A stretch of 63,862 nt of DNA, counting the filler, from Vannella sp. (lineage: Eukaryota): assembly GCA_023345925.1 (NCBI GenBank). It is 7 parts of 7 records of this genome, joined end to end, with 100 filler letters (N's around TTAATTAATTAA, not from the genome) between each part and the next. Parts side by side here need not be neighbours in the genome. Positions count along the whole stretch, not along the records: positions 45,627 to 57,554 come from JAJQQN010001119.1; positions 57,655 to 63,862 come from JAJQQN010000940.1; 5 more parts are not named here. One strand, 5' to 3'. Below the pieces are notes generated by a model, which saw only the letters and a program-made list of their open reading frames with translations, made no database searches and was not told where the DNA came from. Below, in pieces: positions 46,675 through 59,585 of the stretch; positions within the stretch are counted from its first letter, which is position 1, and each line of letters starts with the position of its first letter. A program made the position numbers and the translations under genes.

Positions 46675-47869
46675 ATGAGCGTCGATGTCCGCATGCACCT
46701 GACCCTTTTGTCTCCTCGGCTTAATATTGCCACGATTCCACGCTCTCGGGTGCCACTGATGACTCATCCCTTACTATCACAGTTCCTCTTCGCATCCAGG
46801 TAGGGGAACTTGGTTCTCCTTGAGCATTTGGGCTCATGTCTATGGATCCAGGGAGGAGAGCGTGTTTGGGATGACTAAAACCGAACATGAACTCTCCCTT
46901 GTGATGGAGAAGGACCAAATTGGTGTTCTACGCAGCTTTGCGGCGGAGAACGGCATTGAAGGCATCGAGGTTTGGCCTCAGGACTGGATAGCCCTACGAA
47001 CCGATCTGGGATCTTCCAGTGCAGATTCAAATGAGACAGTTGTTAACTCACTGGCTCAACCACTCGCCCGTGCAAAGATATCCATCTTTTACATGAGTAC
47101 ATACTCCTCCGATTACTGTCTGGTTGGTCATTTTGCTTCATCAAGACATCGAACCAACACCATTTAGGTAGAAGAAGAGAACGTAGCTCAAGCCTTAGCC
47201 GTCCTTCGTAGCGAGTTCACCCTAATCGTTGAAGGCGAAGAGGCACTCCGCTCCATGTTACCAGAGCGTACAGAGGCAGCAGCCGTGAGCACACCCAGAG
47301 AGAGTGTTGCAAATGGTCCCAACAGCCCCCGTCGCAAGCTCTTCCTTCACGATAACGACATCGACCTGATCCACATCACGACAGAGAAGCTCCCCATTCT
47401 GACCCGCTTCCTCATAAGCTGTCTCTTCTACTCAGAGTAAGAGAGCGCGCTGTGTTCGCCACCAAGCTCACCAAAAGTACTCAAGAGAGGAGGACGAGGA
47501 CAGGATTGTCTCTTATGTGGAGACGGAGGGCGAAGTCTCCCTCCTTATAGACCGAAAGCTCCTCCAGCATCTACCAGAGGAGACACTCTCGTCTTTAAGT
47601 GTCTACTCAGATCACTGGAAGGCCTTCTCTGTGGGTGATCAGCCGCTTGGCTACACAGAAAGTGGTATTGTCGCCTCCATCTCAGCGCCCCTCTCCCAAT
47701 GCGAAGCCAATGTACTCTATATGAGTACCTTTCGTACAGACTACTGCTTGGTAGGTGCTACCCCCCATCCTCGCCCGTTCTCCTTCTAAACCCATCAAAG
47801 GTGGCTTCCAGCGATGTCGAGTTTGCGGTACACCATCTGAAAGGTCCTTTTTGTGTGGAAAATAAATGA
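46675..47869 (+). CDS. CASTOR/GATS-like tandem ACT-domain protein (spliced)
   Basis: MTKTEHELSLVM, PLARAKISIFYMSTYSSDYCLV, ESGIVASISAPL...VLYMSTFRTDYCLV. Confidence 0.8.
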
Positions 47870-47908
47870 TTTGGAGGAGCCAGTGTCAGCGGGCCGGGTT
47901 CTATTGCC

Positions 47909-48832
47909 ATGCTCCGCGCCCTGCGCCCTTCCCTCTCTTCCCAAGCTTCCGTTTTCGTTGCTGCTTTGCGGAGTAACGCGCAAGTGTATGAGCCTTATGC
48001 TGGGATGCAACTCCAATCGACTTTCTCTCCTCCTTCGTTGGGGGAGCTTCCAGTGGATATCGATGAGGGTAGCGCGCCTTCCGGCTTCTCCTTCATCAAC
48101 TTCAAAGTAGGTAGAGCTCTCTGTTCAAGACTAAGCTCTCTTTTAAGAGCTAAGATGCAATGAACGGCTGAGGGACTAACAGAGGGGCGATAGGACATGG
48201 GCATGGGCTCCGTTGTCTGCGCTCCAAACCATTGGCATCTGTCAGAAGCGAGAGACCCTCTACCGGATCACATGTACCATAGTGATGTAGCTCTGCGCTT
48301 TGCCTTGTCGAAAGAGGACGTTCTCGCTGGCGAGGACGTGCAAACCGGGGTTGTCGTCCGCAGTTTTAAGCACATCATAGGCGCTCCTCACGGACTGATT
48401 GAGAGCTTGGAGGAAAGCATGTTCGGCAAGGCTCGTTGGCACTTTACCCACTGCGCGAAGAAGGGCATCCCTTTGGACAAGGAACTGCTCCGGGACGGCT
48501 ATGGCATCGGTCACCTCTTTACTGGCGCTATGGACTTGGGTAATCGCTACCGTAGTGTCAGTGAATTGATCTTGTACCAACGTGCGCCTGATCAAGATGA
48601 CCTGTCCACCCCTCTTCGCGACTATTACACATACACGGACATCTTCTACTGGAAGAAGGAGCGCTGGGTCATGGTATTAACCTACCAGTGTCCTCTGGAG
48701 GAGATGGAACAGACAAAGCCAGTACTGGAGACTATCCGCAACCATTCTGTTCTTAACTTTTCCTCGCCTTTGTACCGCGTGTCGTACCCGAAGCTCTTTA
48801 CTGTAGAGCCTTATCCCTCTGCCCAACACTAG
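47909..48832 (+). CDS. Hypothetical protein, possibly mitochondrial
   Basis: MLRALRPSLSS presequence-like exon plus a 211-aa ORF. Confidence 0.55.
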
Positions 48833-48977
48833 ACTCATTTCAAGCTTCCTCTCTTTCCTTCCAACCGCAGGTGGTTCCTTGCCACACAAAGAATGAACGT
48901 TATCCTTCCTCAAAGGCTGTGGGTGTGGCTGTGGAGGTGGTTTATGGGCTACGATACGTGTGGTATGGTAATAAGGC

Positions 48978-49475
48978 TTAGTGTTGGATCAACACGGCCT
49001 TCTTCCGCTCCTTCTCTTCCGTCTCTAGCTCTGTCTTGACAACCAGCACCGCACAAGGAGCGTGCTCCACAACATACGTGCTGTTAGAGCCTGAAAGAGA
49101 ACGCTTGATACCTGAGAGTTGGCGACGGCCCAGCACAATGAGGTCCACTTCATGGAAGGTCGCCTCCTCCACAATGGCTTCCCGAACAGTGCCTTTGCCC
49201 AACAGGCAAGAGTGGCGGCATCCACTCATAGCAAGCTTCTGTGAGTAGCCCCTCAAAAGCTCCTTCAATTGGGCCTCAACCTCCTGCTTGAGCTTATCAA
49301 TCGCGCTCGAGTCAATGAAGCTGATAGCCTTGAAGGACGACACGCTACGAGCGATAGTGAGGAGCAGTACTTCATCCTCTGGCTTAATCCAATCAAGAAG
49401 ATACTCAAAAGCCTTCAAAGCAGCAGGAGAGTCATCCACAGCCAACAAAACCTTCTTTCCTGTTCTCGCCGTCAT
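48978..49475 (-). CDS. Universal stress protein (UspA domain)
   Basis: VLLAVDDSPAA, DLIVLGRR...GSNSTYVVEHAPCAVLVVK; start uncertain. Confidence 0.88.
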   Translation of the reverse strand: MTARTGKKVLLAVDDSPAALKAFEYLLDWIKPEDEVLLLTIARSVSSFKAISFIDSSAIDKLKQEVEAQLKELLRGYSQKLAMSGCRHSCLLGKGTVREAIVEEATFHEVDLIVLGRRQLSGIKRSLSGSNSTYVVEHAPCAVLVVKTELETEEKERKKAVLIQH

Positions 49476-49718
49476 CAGCGCACGTTGGCTCAATAATGGC
49501 CTGGAAATGACTTTTAAGTTGACCTTCCGGTTGGGGCTATTGTTTGGTAGCCCCGAGCGAAGCCCAGCGGCTGCTGCGACCATCTTTGATGGAATCGCAG
49601 GACGCTGAGCGCTTCTGGGCGCTTGTTGGTCGTATGCAATATGTAGGTGGTGGTGGTGGGAGGGTGTATTGGTGGAGGGCGTGAGTGCGGCTGCTGATGG
49701 ATGGAGGGGCACTTCTAG

Positions 49719-52700
49719 ATCTCCTTGGGCTTTGGTGGAGAGTATGGCTTGGTGAAGGTGGAGAGAGACTACCTTGTAGCTGGATACTCTTATAAGGGAA
49801 CGTATCAGAGCGGTGTTGACGGCCAAGCGGAGGTTCTACGAGTGGACTTCCAAAGCCCGCCATCGGACTTGGCTGCTTCTCAGCGTCACGCGCAGGTCGT
49901 GACCTTTCGTAGTAGCGATGGGAGATATTTGAACATTCAAGGATCGCACGTAGGGCTCTCACCAGCAGGGCAGCATGCCCCAACACGCGAGAACCTCTTC
50001 CTTCTTCACCTTCACTACTTGTCAGACGGCTCTGTACGGATCTCAAACATCTCTGCAAGTGCCTTTGTATCCGTGGGACGTGATCAGATCCTTATAACTG
50101 CTCCTTCTGCTACACCAACCAGCACGTTCCACTTCTTCTTCAAGGTGGGTCGTATTCCCGCCAGTACGATGGTCAGGAGTGTACTAAAGGGTGTCAGTGT
50201 TCTATCAAAAACTCCACACGATCTCTCTACATTGGTGCTGAAGCTAACAGTGACTTTGTTGTCGCACAGTCTGCTGAACAACGTTCGCCCTTCCAAGTGC
50301 TTCTCCTCCACCTGGCGGACTCGTGTGAGGTCATCTCCCCTATCAAAGACAGGTAAGAGGATACTCAGTGCTCTCTGGAAGCTGACGGAGTGTTTGAAGG
50401 CCGTGGACTCTGCAAGACAATGGAAGAGTCCTTCTCTCCACCTCGAAGAGCGAGTCGCTGCGCCTCCAAGTCAAGACAGCGACGACAGGAGAGTACTACC
50501 TTTGCTGTTCTGATGGGAGGATGCTTGGCATAGTAGAAGACGGGTGCCTTTATGCGCAGCAGCAAAGCCAACCCACGCCCCTCCACTTGTTTGAGATCGC
50601 CCCCCACCAAGCCCCGCGCCCGGCAGCCCTGCCGGTTTCATTGATGGACATACCTCTCGATCATATGGACACCATCCATTCCACTGCTTTCCTGCCCAGT
50701 GGTGGGCACGCGCCATTCCCTCCCTCCCACCACACCCCAGGAGCCGATTTACTCTATATGGGAACGCCCCCTAGATCCCAGGCTCTCCCTGTTAAGAGAC
50801 AAGCTTCTCTGACACCCATTACACCGGTTCAGCTGTCTATCCGGATCTGTCCGGTCCAAGAGAAACTCGGATGCATTCTTGAGCTCTCAAGGGAGCTTAG
50901 TTCACAGCACAATCAAACCCTCGTGCTCTGTGCGGACTCCTTCTTCAGTAGAAAGGTTAATCATTGCCTTTGTGAGAGCGGATGCTTCTCTTTCTGGGTG
51001 GCAGCCCATTCTCCTTCTGAGATAATCGAAAGGGCGTGTCGCTCCATCAAGAATGGGGAATCGCGCTATCTCATTGCCTCTTTTGACATCGAAATAGGCC
51101 TTTTGGTGCGCTATCTTGGCACTCTCACCCTCTTTAGCAATGTTGTCTTCTTTGATGCACCAGAAAATGAGTCTTTTTACTCTGAAATTGGAAGCGCGGT
51201 GCAGCCTGAGAAGATCTTCTCGATCCTGTCAAATGACGGCAACTCTAACCACCAAGCTCTTCTTCGCTTTATCAGCAGTTCAAAGTCAATTATGTGTGGC
51301 TCTCACGACTTTGAACAACTGCGCGCCATGGCCCCTGGAAGGCGGCAGCCAGTCTTCTCCACTCCTTTGGACAAGACTATTCTGTCTAACTTTGTGTATC
51401 CGTGGATCACCTACTTGAACATGTGGATCAAGCAGTTTGAGCTGCACAAAACGGTCCTTTCTGATTCTGACCGAGAGTCTTTGAGGATTCGGATTGAATG
51501 TTTGGAACCGCTCCACTTGGATCAGCACGGGCGAGACTTTTCTGCTCTTTTAGATATCTTTGTGATGTTCTTGGAAAGTGTTCCTTCGGGGGTATTGACA
51601 GCTTCATGCTGTGCCAATCTCTTGAAGATAATTAACAACTCTCATCCTGATTTGACAATCAACCCGTATTATGCTATTCAGCAAGAGTTGAAGCAGATAG
51701 CTCCGGAGAATGACCTTTTAGTTGTGAATGTTCTCAAATGGCTGTTTAATGTGACTTTGCTTTCCCTTGCACCACTTGATAAGCTTGCAGAGCGCTTTGC
51801 ACCGATTATTGCCAGCTCTTCCTCACTTTCTGGGGCAACCAGGGTTCTCTCTATTCTCATTAGAGACATCAATTTAATCCAAAACGCTTCGCCTTATGGG
51901 GCCTCTGGTCAAACCATTCTGAGACTGTCAGGCGATCTCACACCACCCATGTCCAGACCCTCGCCGCTACCATACAGTGCCTCGGGTCAAACTAACCTCC
52001 GGCGTTCTGGTGATGCCTCTGGAGCAATCTGTGCTGCCTTTGTGGCTAGAAATAGCGCTTCTCCACCTTACCTATTACAAGACACTCAGGGACAGCGTCC
52101 TTCAGACCCCAATTTCAGTCCACGAGGCTATCAAGCCAAGCCAATGCAGACTCCTGGATACTTGCTTCAGCAGCACTCACAACAGCCACTTGTTTCCCAA
52201 TATCCATTGCCATTCAATGGTGGAGCTGGCCTGCCTTCCTCGCAGCCTGCTTGGACGCAGCTGCCCTCTGCTCCTATTCACCCTTTGTATTCCAACACTC
52301 CGCCCACATCAGGGCATTATGCTGCACCTGTTGAATATCGCCCACAAGTAGCGCAAATTGTCACTCCTTCCCCAATTCAACAGGCGCAGCATTACCCCGC
52401 TTCCTATGCACCTGGAGCACTCTTACAGGGACAAGACACTCCTCACAACATGTCTTCCTACCACCCAGCTCCCGTCAGCACTCCCCGAAAGCGAGAGGAC
52501 TGGGAGCTGGACTTGTCAGAAATCGTTTGCCAAACCAAAATCGGTGTTGGGTCCTTTGGCGAAGTGTGGCGAGGAGAATGGGCGGGAATATCCGTCGCTG
52601 TGAAGAAAGTCATCATCGCCAAAATAGGTCCAAAAGAGATTGCAGCCTTCCGCGAAGAGATCAACATAATGGCGTAGGTTTTACTCACTCACATGAGCTC

Positions 52701-53389
52701 ACACTAACTGGCAACGCAGGAAACTGAGACACCCAAACATTTTACAGTTTCTAGGGGCGTGTCTTGAACCAGAGCTCCTTCTGGTAACGGAGTTTGCCGA
52801 ACGCTCAAGTCTATTTCATGTGGTCCAAGATCGCTCTTGGTCTTGGGACCGAGCCAAAAAGATTATAGCTGATGTGGCTCGGGGGATTCTTTACCTGCAC
52901 ACTCGTACTCCTCCTATTGTTCACCGGGACATCAAGAGTTTGAATATTCTTGTGACTGCCGAGTGGAAGGGGATTGTGGCAGACTTTGGCTTGACCACCA
53001 TCAAGGCACAACAATTCCTCAAGACCTACTGCGGTTCACCGGCTTGGACAGCTCCTGAAGTGCTACGTGGGCTTCAATATGACGAATCAGCTGATGTATT
53101 CAGCTTTGGGATTGTCCTTTGGGAGATTCTCTCTCGCAAGCCGCCTTACGAAGGCATGAGTCCCAACGTCATCATTGGAAAGGGTAAGCAGCTTTCACTG
53201 GATACAATCAACCGATTCTCTAACCATCTACTTCTCTCAGTAATCCCTGAAAATGGAATGCGCCCTTCCATTCCCGAAGGTTCGGACCCAGCTTACGTCC
53301 GATTAATGACGCAATGCTGGGACGACGTCCCATCCCGCCGCCCTTCTTTCCACCAAATCATAGAAACACTCAAGGTCGTCCTCCAATGA
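49719..53389 (+). CDS. Multidomain TKL kinase (fascin-like N-terminus, helicase-C-like, RhoGAP-like, kinase); 5' end uncertain
   Basis: FRSSDGRYL beta-trefoil-like motifs; IGVGSFGEVWRG, HRDIKSLN, DFG, CGSPAWTAPE. Confidence 0.75.
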
Positions 53390-53577
53390 AGACCTCCCTC
53401 CTGTTCCTCGTCCGCCCTCTGAGATAGAGTCCTCATCCTCACCAACCCCGAACCGACACCGATCCCATCCCCCTTGAAAAGTGCGTCTAAATTCGACTGT
53501 GATCCATCGGAAGCAAATAATTATAACAAGGGCATTATATCATCAAGGGAGGGAGGGTCAAAGGAGTCATTTTTTCG

Positions 53578-55101
53578 ATGCGGCTTGCGCTTGGCGTGCT
53601 TTGCCTTGTGGTTGGCGTGGTTCTCTCCCAGAGTGATCCGTGGCAGGGTGTCGATGAGATTCTGCAGGAAGGGATTGAAGCGAAGGCTTTCCCTGGTGTG
53701 GTATCGATGGTGGCGGACGAGAAAGGCCTTCTTTACTTCAAGGCCTTTGGCAGCTTTACTTACGGGAAAGGTCTTTCTCTCAATGGATACACCAATCCGT
53801 TCATGCACCTTGATGTAAGCACTTTCCTCAACCTCCTATATATCTCTCATCCTCTTCTAGACCATCTTTGACATTGCTAGCTGCACGAAAGTGACCGGCG
53901 CGACCTCTGCTGCGGCCCAGTTCTATCAGCGCGGCGAGCTTGACCTGAGTAAGACTCTTTACACCCTCATTTCTTTGAAGTAACCTCTCGTACCGCAAGA
54001 CAAACCTATTTGGGAGTTCCTTGGCGAAGATTTCAAGCAAAACGGTAAGGAGGACATCACTGCCCTCAACTGCTTGCTTCACAACGCTGGATACCCACCA
54101 GACCCATCTCCAAACTACTGTAAGCTTCCTCTTCTTGGTAGAGAGAGTCTCAAAGGGAGGAATCAACAGGGGATCCCGCCTTTGGTTGCCCCCAGACCTC
54201 CCAGGAGTACCCAGAGGAGGACTTCAGCTGCCAGAGCCAGATCTTCGCTAGCCTCTTGGCTCAAACACTGGAGAACCCCGTGGGAGAAGTCTACGTCTAC
54301 TCTGACTTGAGCTTTATCACGTTGCAGTACGTTATCGGCAACTTGGCGCGTACTTTGGGCTACGTCCAAGAGAGTGACCTTGTTTCTGGGTGCTATCAAG
54401 GCACTGCAGCCTCTGACATGTGTTACTTTGAGGCTTACTTGCGCATTCATGTGTTTGCCCCTTTGAAGATGAGCCGTACCAGCTTCCTTCCTCCTCTGAA
54501 TCAGTGGCGCCAGTGCGCACCAGCAGAGAACGACACCCTGACCCACGAGTACCAGAACATCCTCCTCCAGGGGCAAGTTTCTGATGGCAATGCCTACGCT
54601 TTGGGGGGCATCGCTGGGCATGCTGGGATCTTCAGCACTGCAGCGGACCTCACTGCACTGGCCCATCGTGTGATGTTCGCCAGGGACTATGATGGGAGTG
54701 ATGGGTTCATCAATGCCACGACCGCCACCTACTTTACTACAGAGTACAACAATACTCAGAGCTGCCGCGCTCTTGGTTGGAGCACGAATGACCCGACTAC
54801 AGTGGACGAAGGTTGGGGTTTGTCTTGTGGTAACCTCAGTGCCAAGACGTGGACCCACATCGGGTACACGGGAACCCAGATTTGTGGAGACCCAGAGAAC
54901 CAGATTGTCACTGTGATGCTCACAAACCGCGTCTATCCAGTGGCTTCTAACAACCAGATGTTAAAGTATCGCCAAGGATTCAACAATGCTGTATTGGCTG
55001 CTCTGGGAGCTCCCTCTCGCCAACATCTTCGACAGAAAGGAACGGAGCACATCCCTGCCCACCTGCACTGGAAGCCACCAACAAGCTATCGGGCTGATTA
55101 A
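53578..55101 (+). CDS. Secreted beta-lactamase-family serine hydrolase (spliced)
   Basis: Signal peptide, AFPG, FDIASCTK (SxxK), YSD, GGIAGHAGIFSTAADL, HIGYTGT, LTNRVYP. Confidence 0.88.
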
Positions 55102-55740
55102 GAGCTAAATAACCCTGGGGAAATTCTATGCTCAAGTCAACTGATAAAGTCGCCTCCCTGACAGCAATCAGCTAACATTGAGGCGCAATCGGAATGCCAT
55201 TGGCATCTCTCCAGGAAGGAAAGGGAATATTACTAATCAACGAGGACACTGGTGAGGGACTGGCACTGGCTTTCTCTCTTCTATCGGTTCCAATCCAAAA
55301 GCTTATCCTGAAGAGATGGAGGTCATCAGGGCAAGCTACGCAAATACGAGTTCGGCCCCCTCTTCCCTGTTCCCCTTCACTCATGTGGAGAATCAGCTTT
55401 TGGGTTTAGCTCTTGTTACTCGTCAATGGATATGACATCAAATTTCCAGGCCCAACAGGATAGCCAGGCGGGAATCGAGGGTTGGTCAGTTGCCTGGAAC
55501 AGGAATAGGAAGGAAAAATGCCCTCGCCACTCGTGACTTGTCTCTGTTTCTGAGGGTAATTCCTTCTATCAAGCGGTTCGCTGTGTCACTTTCTCTCAAG
55601 AATGGGAGAAGACACTGATTTAATCAGCCCCTTCATGTACCAGTTCGAAGGGTTTAGGGTTTAGGGTTCCCTCAGATGTGCAATGTCCCCTAGAATATGA
55701 TCAATCATATCCCATTTCATTTCTATTGTCATTTATTGGG

Positions 55741-56790
55741 ATGCCCTTTGGCCATCACACGCTCCTTCTCTCCCTCGAAGGGGGCCTTTTCGCTTTTGGG
55801 CGGAACGACAAGGGCCAACTCGGTCTCGGTCACAAGGAAGATCAATGTCATCCTGTGGAGGTTCCCTGGAATGGCCCGCAGCCGGTTCAGGTGGACTGGG
55901 GAGATAGACACTCCCTTGTGCTTGATGCGGAGGGCGGTGTGTGGGAGGCTGGTCACTCCCGGTTCTCCTCTGTCCCTTCAACGACCTTTAATCGAGTGCT
56001 TGAAGTACCTTGCGTCACTTTGGTGGCTGCTGGGGAGTCCCACAGCGCTGTCATTGACACTGAAGGCAGCCTTTGGGTGTGGACGAGAAAGAAGTGCTAC
56101 ATGTGGGCGTGTTCTGTTCCCCAACGAGTGGAGGGCCTTCCTCCCCTCATCAGGGTGGCTTGTGGCCGTCAGTTTCTTGTAGCAGAGGCCGAAGAAGGCC
56201 TCTGGGTGTTGAACTCCAAAGGCCGACTCTTCCGCGATAGCAATCTCCAACCAGCTCTTTTCCAAGTGATAGAACGTTCCGAAGGACCTCTTCGATGCCT
56301 GACTGCCCTCGAAAGAGGAGTGATTCTCATTGACTCGCAAGGAAGCGTCTTCTCCGCTGGAGACAACTCACATGGCCAACTAGGACGCTCTTCTGAGGGT
56401 GAATCAGAGACCTTTAAGAGAATCGTGAACATCCCTCCCATGGTTGCGGCCTCCTGCGGATTGTGGCACACTCTCTCTCTTGATGAGAACGGCGGTGTCT
56501 GGACCTGGGGATACGGTGAAGGTGGGCAATTGGGGACGGGTAACACTTTCGATCAGGCCCAACCCACTTTGATCCCTTCGCTGAAAGGAATCAGCGCCCT
56601 GGTGGCGGGAAAGGTCCATTCTTTGGCGTTCCCACAGGAAGGCGGCCTGCTGGTCTTCGGGCACAACATCGTTGGACAACTCGGGCTCAACCACACGGAC
56701 GACCAGCTCACTCCCACGCTTTCTCCCATCCTGCCCGCTCTCCCTTATTCATTCACCCGAAGCACAAAGAAGAGCGCCCGCTTCCTTTGA
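55741..56790 (+). CDS. RCC1-repeat protein
   Basis: FGRNDKGQLGLG, WTWGYGEGGQLGTG repeats. Confidence 0.88.
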   Translation: MPFGHHTLLLSLEGGLFAFGRNDKGQLGLGHKEDQCHPVEVPWNGPQPVQVDWGDRHSLVLDAEGGVWEAGHSRFSSVPSTTFNRVLEVPCVTLVAAGESHSAVIDTEGSLWVWTRKKCYMWACSVPQRVEGLPPLIRVACGRQFLVAEAEEGLWVLNSKGRLFRDSNLQPALFQVIERSEGPLRCLTALERGVILIDSQGSVFSAGDNSHGQLGRSSEGESETFKRIVNIPPMVAASCGLWHTLSLDENGGVWTWGYGEGGQLGTGNTFDQAQPTLIPSLKGISALVAGKVHSLAFPQEGGLLVFGHNIVGQLGLNHTDDQLTPTLSPILPALPYSFTRSTKKSARFL

Positions 56791-57554
56791 ATGGCCTTCC
56801 TTCCACTCACTAACGCATTTCCACATCTTCAGCGCTTGCCAGGACCCCCAAAGGCAATAATGCTCCCATAAAGGGATAAAGGCATTATTTCGAAGTGCAC
56901 TCAAGTGTGGTGCTCGCACTAAGGACAGTAAAGTGGAAACCCTCATGGATGAGTGGTAGATACAAACTGGTGTTCTCAAAATGGTCAAATTCGAGAGAAT
57001 CCGAGAGGAAGAGCATTCTGATTTAGGCTGACAAGTTCTGCCTGCTTCCAACAAGACTCTCTTTTCTTCCATAATGACGACTATCTTAGTTAAGAAGAGG
57101 CTTTTCGTAGATTCAGCTTTTCAGAACTTCAGACTGGCCCAATCTCTCCTTGGATAGTGTCACGTATCATTTTAAAAGTGTTCTTTAGGGGGGCTCTTGT
57201 AGCAACCTAGCAAAGCGCTTAGACCTTGTCGGGACTGAATCGAACATAGAGGGTTGGTACTTTCAACTGGAGCCAGGGACGTGGTTTTGTGGGCGATGAA
57301 CTCTCTCCCAGCTGGTCTTAGGTCACAACGGCGGTTGACCGCTCGGACTCAACCAAACGACCGATCTTCCCACTCCCACGCTTTATCCTGTCCACCCGCT
57401 CTCTCTCTTTCATTCACACGCGTTGTTGGCGTCCTGGCTGTGTTCAACACGAGGATGACTCCACTTTCTTGCTTGTTGTCTCTGTCCATCCAAGTCTTGA
57501 TGCCTGTTCTTGTGAAGAAGACTTGAGTGAGACCGTAATACGATGAAATGAGTA

Positions 57555-57654
57555 NNNNNNNNNNNNNNNNNNNNNNNNNNNNNNNNNNNNNNNNNNNNTT
57601 AATTAATTAANNNNNNNNNNNNNNNNNNNNNNNNNNNNNNNNNNNNNNNNNNNN
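57555..57654. other. Artificial contig linker
   Basis: N-TTAATTAATTAA-N. Confidence 0.98.
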
Positions 57655-57752
57655 AGTTTGACCGGCTCGAAAGAGAGAAGCTCGAAGGAGTGAGCCGATG
57701 GCAATAGCAACTACTTCATAGGCATGAGGACGAGAACTTACAGTAAAGGGGT

Positions 57753-58217
57753 TTATAACGTTAGATGAGAGGTAACGCGTTGGTGTCGGCCAAAGGGCCT
57801 TCGAAGAGAGAGGAACGTCGAGACTTTCCCTTTCTGGGGCTTGAGAAGAGCGAGAAGAGTGAAGAGATGTGTTTGGTTCTCTTCCACAGCCCAATCTTTG
57901 GGGGATTTGTCCTCCGAGTCCAAAGAGTCAACATTGGCGCCGTTGGCGATCAGAAGGGCAACGCTCTCCTTGTGCCCTTGCTTCACAGCCCAATGAAGAG
58001 GCGTCTCCTCAAAGTCATTTGTTGTGTTGATACCGACGCCTTTCCGTAGCAGGTATTGGACGAAGCGGATATCCTTCCTCAGAGCAGCGAAGTGGAGAGG
58101 TGTGCTTCCGTACTCCGTTGGGGAGTGGATATAAGACGCGTTGCTGTTCAAATCTAACTCGCTGTACGACGCCTTGACAATGATGTGGATCAGGGGGTTC
58201 CAGGTGGACATGGACAT
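57753..58217 (-). CDS. Small intronless ankyrin-repeat protein
   Basis: GSTPLHFAA, EETPLHWAV...GANVD. Confidence 0.85.
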   Translation of the reverse strand: MSMSTWNPLIHIIVKASYSELDLNSNASYIHSPTEYGSTPLHFAALRKDIRFVQYLLRKGVGINTTNDFEETPLHWAVKQGHKESVALLIANGANVDSLDSEDKSPKDWAVEENQTHLFTLLALLKPQKGKVSTFLSLRRPFGRHQRVTSHLTL

Positions 58218-58475
58218 GTTGGAGGGGTGGCAAAAAAGTAAACGGCAGTTGCAAACTTCTGGAAGTGGACTGCCGCAGATCATTCTCCGAAAAAGAGTAC
58301 AGATCGGGAGTGTATTCTTATAAATCTAAAAGGACGCCGATTAATTCGGTTGGTTATGTGAATTGCTGATTCTTCAGGAACCACTTCGACGAAGCTTCTT
58401 ACTGTGGACTTTCGGATGTTCGGATGGGGCAGCTCGAAACGTGTAGAAGTCAAACCCAACGGTTTGGCAGGCAAA

Positions 58476-59545
58476 TCAACGATCGGGAGTAAGTACTTCA
58501 AGCGAGACCTCATCCCCAGAGGAGAGAACTCCTCTTGTGGTCAAGAGTTGGAGCTTTTGAGTGGTGTCCAAGTTGAGTTTCGGCTCAAGCTTCACTAGGC
58601 AGAGCCGCTACCATCCTCCTTTGAGTCCAGACTGCCAGTTAGAAGGAAGGCGCACTCACTTTGGCTCCGAGTTCGTGGTTGCGGTTGCTTATCTTCCCTT
58701 CTTTCGCTATCATGTCCAAAACCTTTCCAACGGTCCATTGGCGATCAAAGAACATGTTTCTTTGAGCCAGAGCACACCCAGGAGGGAAGAACACACTCAA
58801 GTAGAAGCGATCTGAGCGTGGTATGGTACTGGAGCCCTAATCAAAGGTGAATCCAAGCTCTTGTTCCTATCTTAAGCGACAAACCACGGCAGATCGCTCG
58901 ATGGCGACCAAAGGAGCTGTCCTTTTCATGTTTGGCCGAGTTGCTTCTTTGGATCTCCGCTCTGCTGCAGCGGCTGCCTTTTGCATACGAACCTGAGCCA
59001 AAGCTTCTTCCTTTAGGGAGAGCTTTGTCGATGTTGGTGAAGGGCTCTTGACCAAGCACCTGTGCGACTCTGGGTGGCGATGGCTGCTTCTTTGTCAGAT
59101 TCCGATGAGTTGAGGGGAGTTTGAGTACTCAGAGCATGTAACCAGATGACATCCTTTACATATAAAAGGAACAACGTCCAGCAGCTGCCCGCACGGCCCA
59201 TTATCGATGAACTGGCAACTACGATCTCCCCTCAGGGTCACGGAGCAGTGTGCTGGTTCACTGGATTGTGGTTGTAGGGGCATTGAGGTAACATCTGAGA
59301 GAGCTGAAGAGTCCCTGTCGTCTCCTTCTTCATCTCCTTGCTTGGAAAGATGTTGCAACGAGCAGTTGTGCTCCGCAGGGAGTCTGTGAGGTGAGCAAAG
59401 TAACTTCTTACAATCTTTACACTGAAAGGGAAGAAAGTCTACCTCCCTCGCCTTCAGTACCTCGCTCACCGTCCTTCACCCCTCCGTTCTTACCAAACGC
59501 CCCACAAACAGCACAGAAGGCGCCCTTGTGATCCAACTCGGTCAT
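58476..59545 (-). CDS. AN1-type zinc finger protein, ZFAND1-like (spliced)
   Basis: DFLPFQCKDCKK.C..HR...HNC, a second AN1-like unit, ubiquitin-like tail (LSSGDEVSLE). Confidence 0.7.
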
Positions 59546-59585
59546 GGCAAAGTATGGAACATGCTTTGGAGCGATCTGAGTCACT

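Noticed and set aside
55140..55600. Possible degenerate RCC1 fragment
   Set aside because: Similarity is too weak to support by eye
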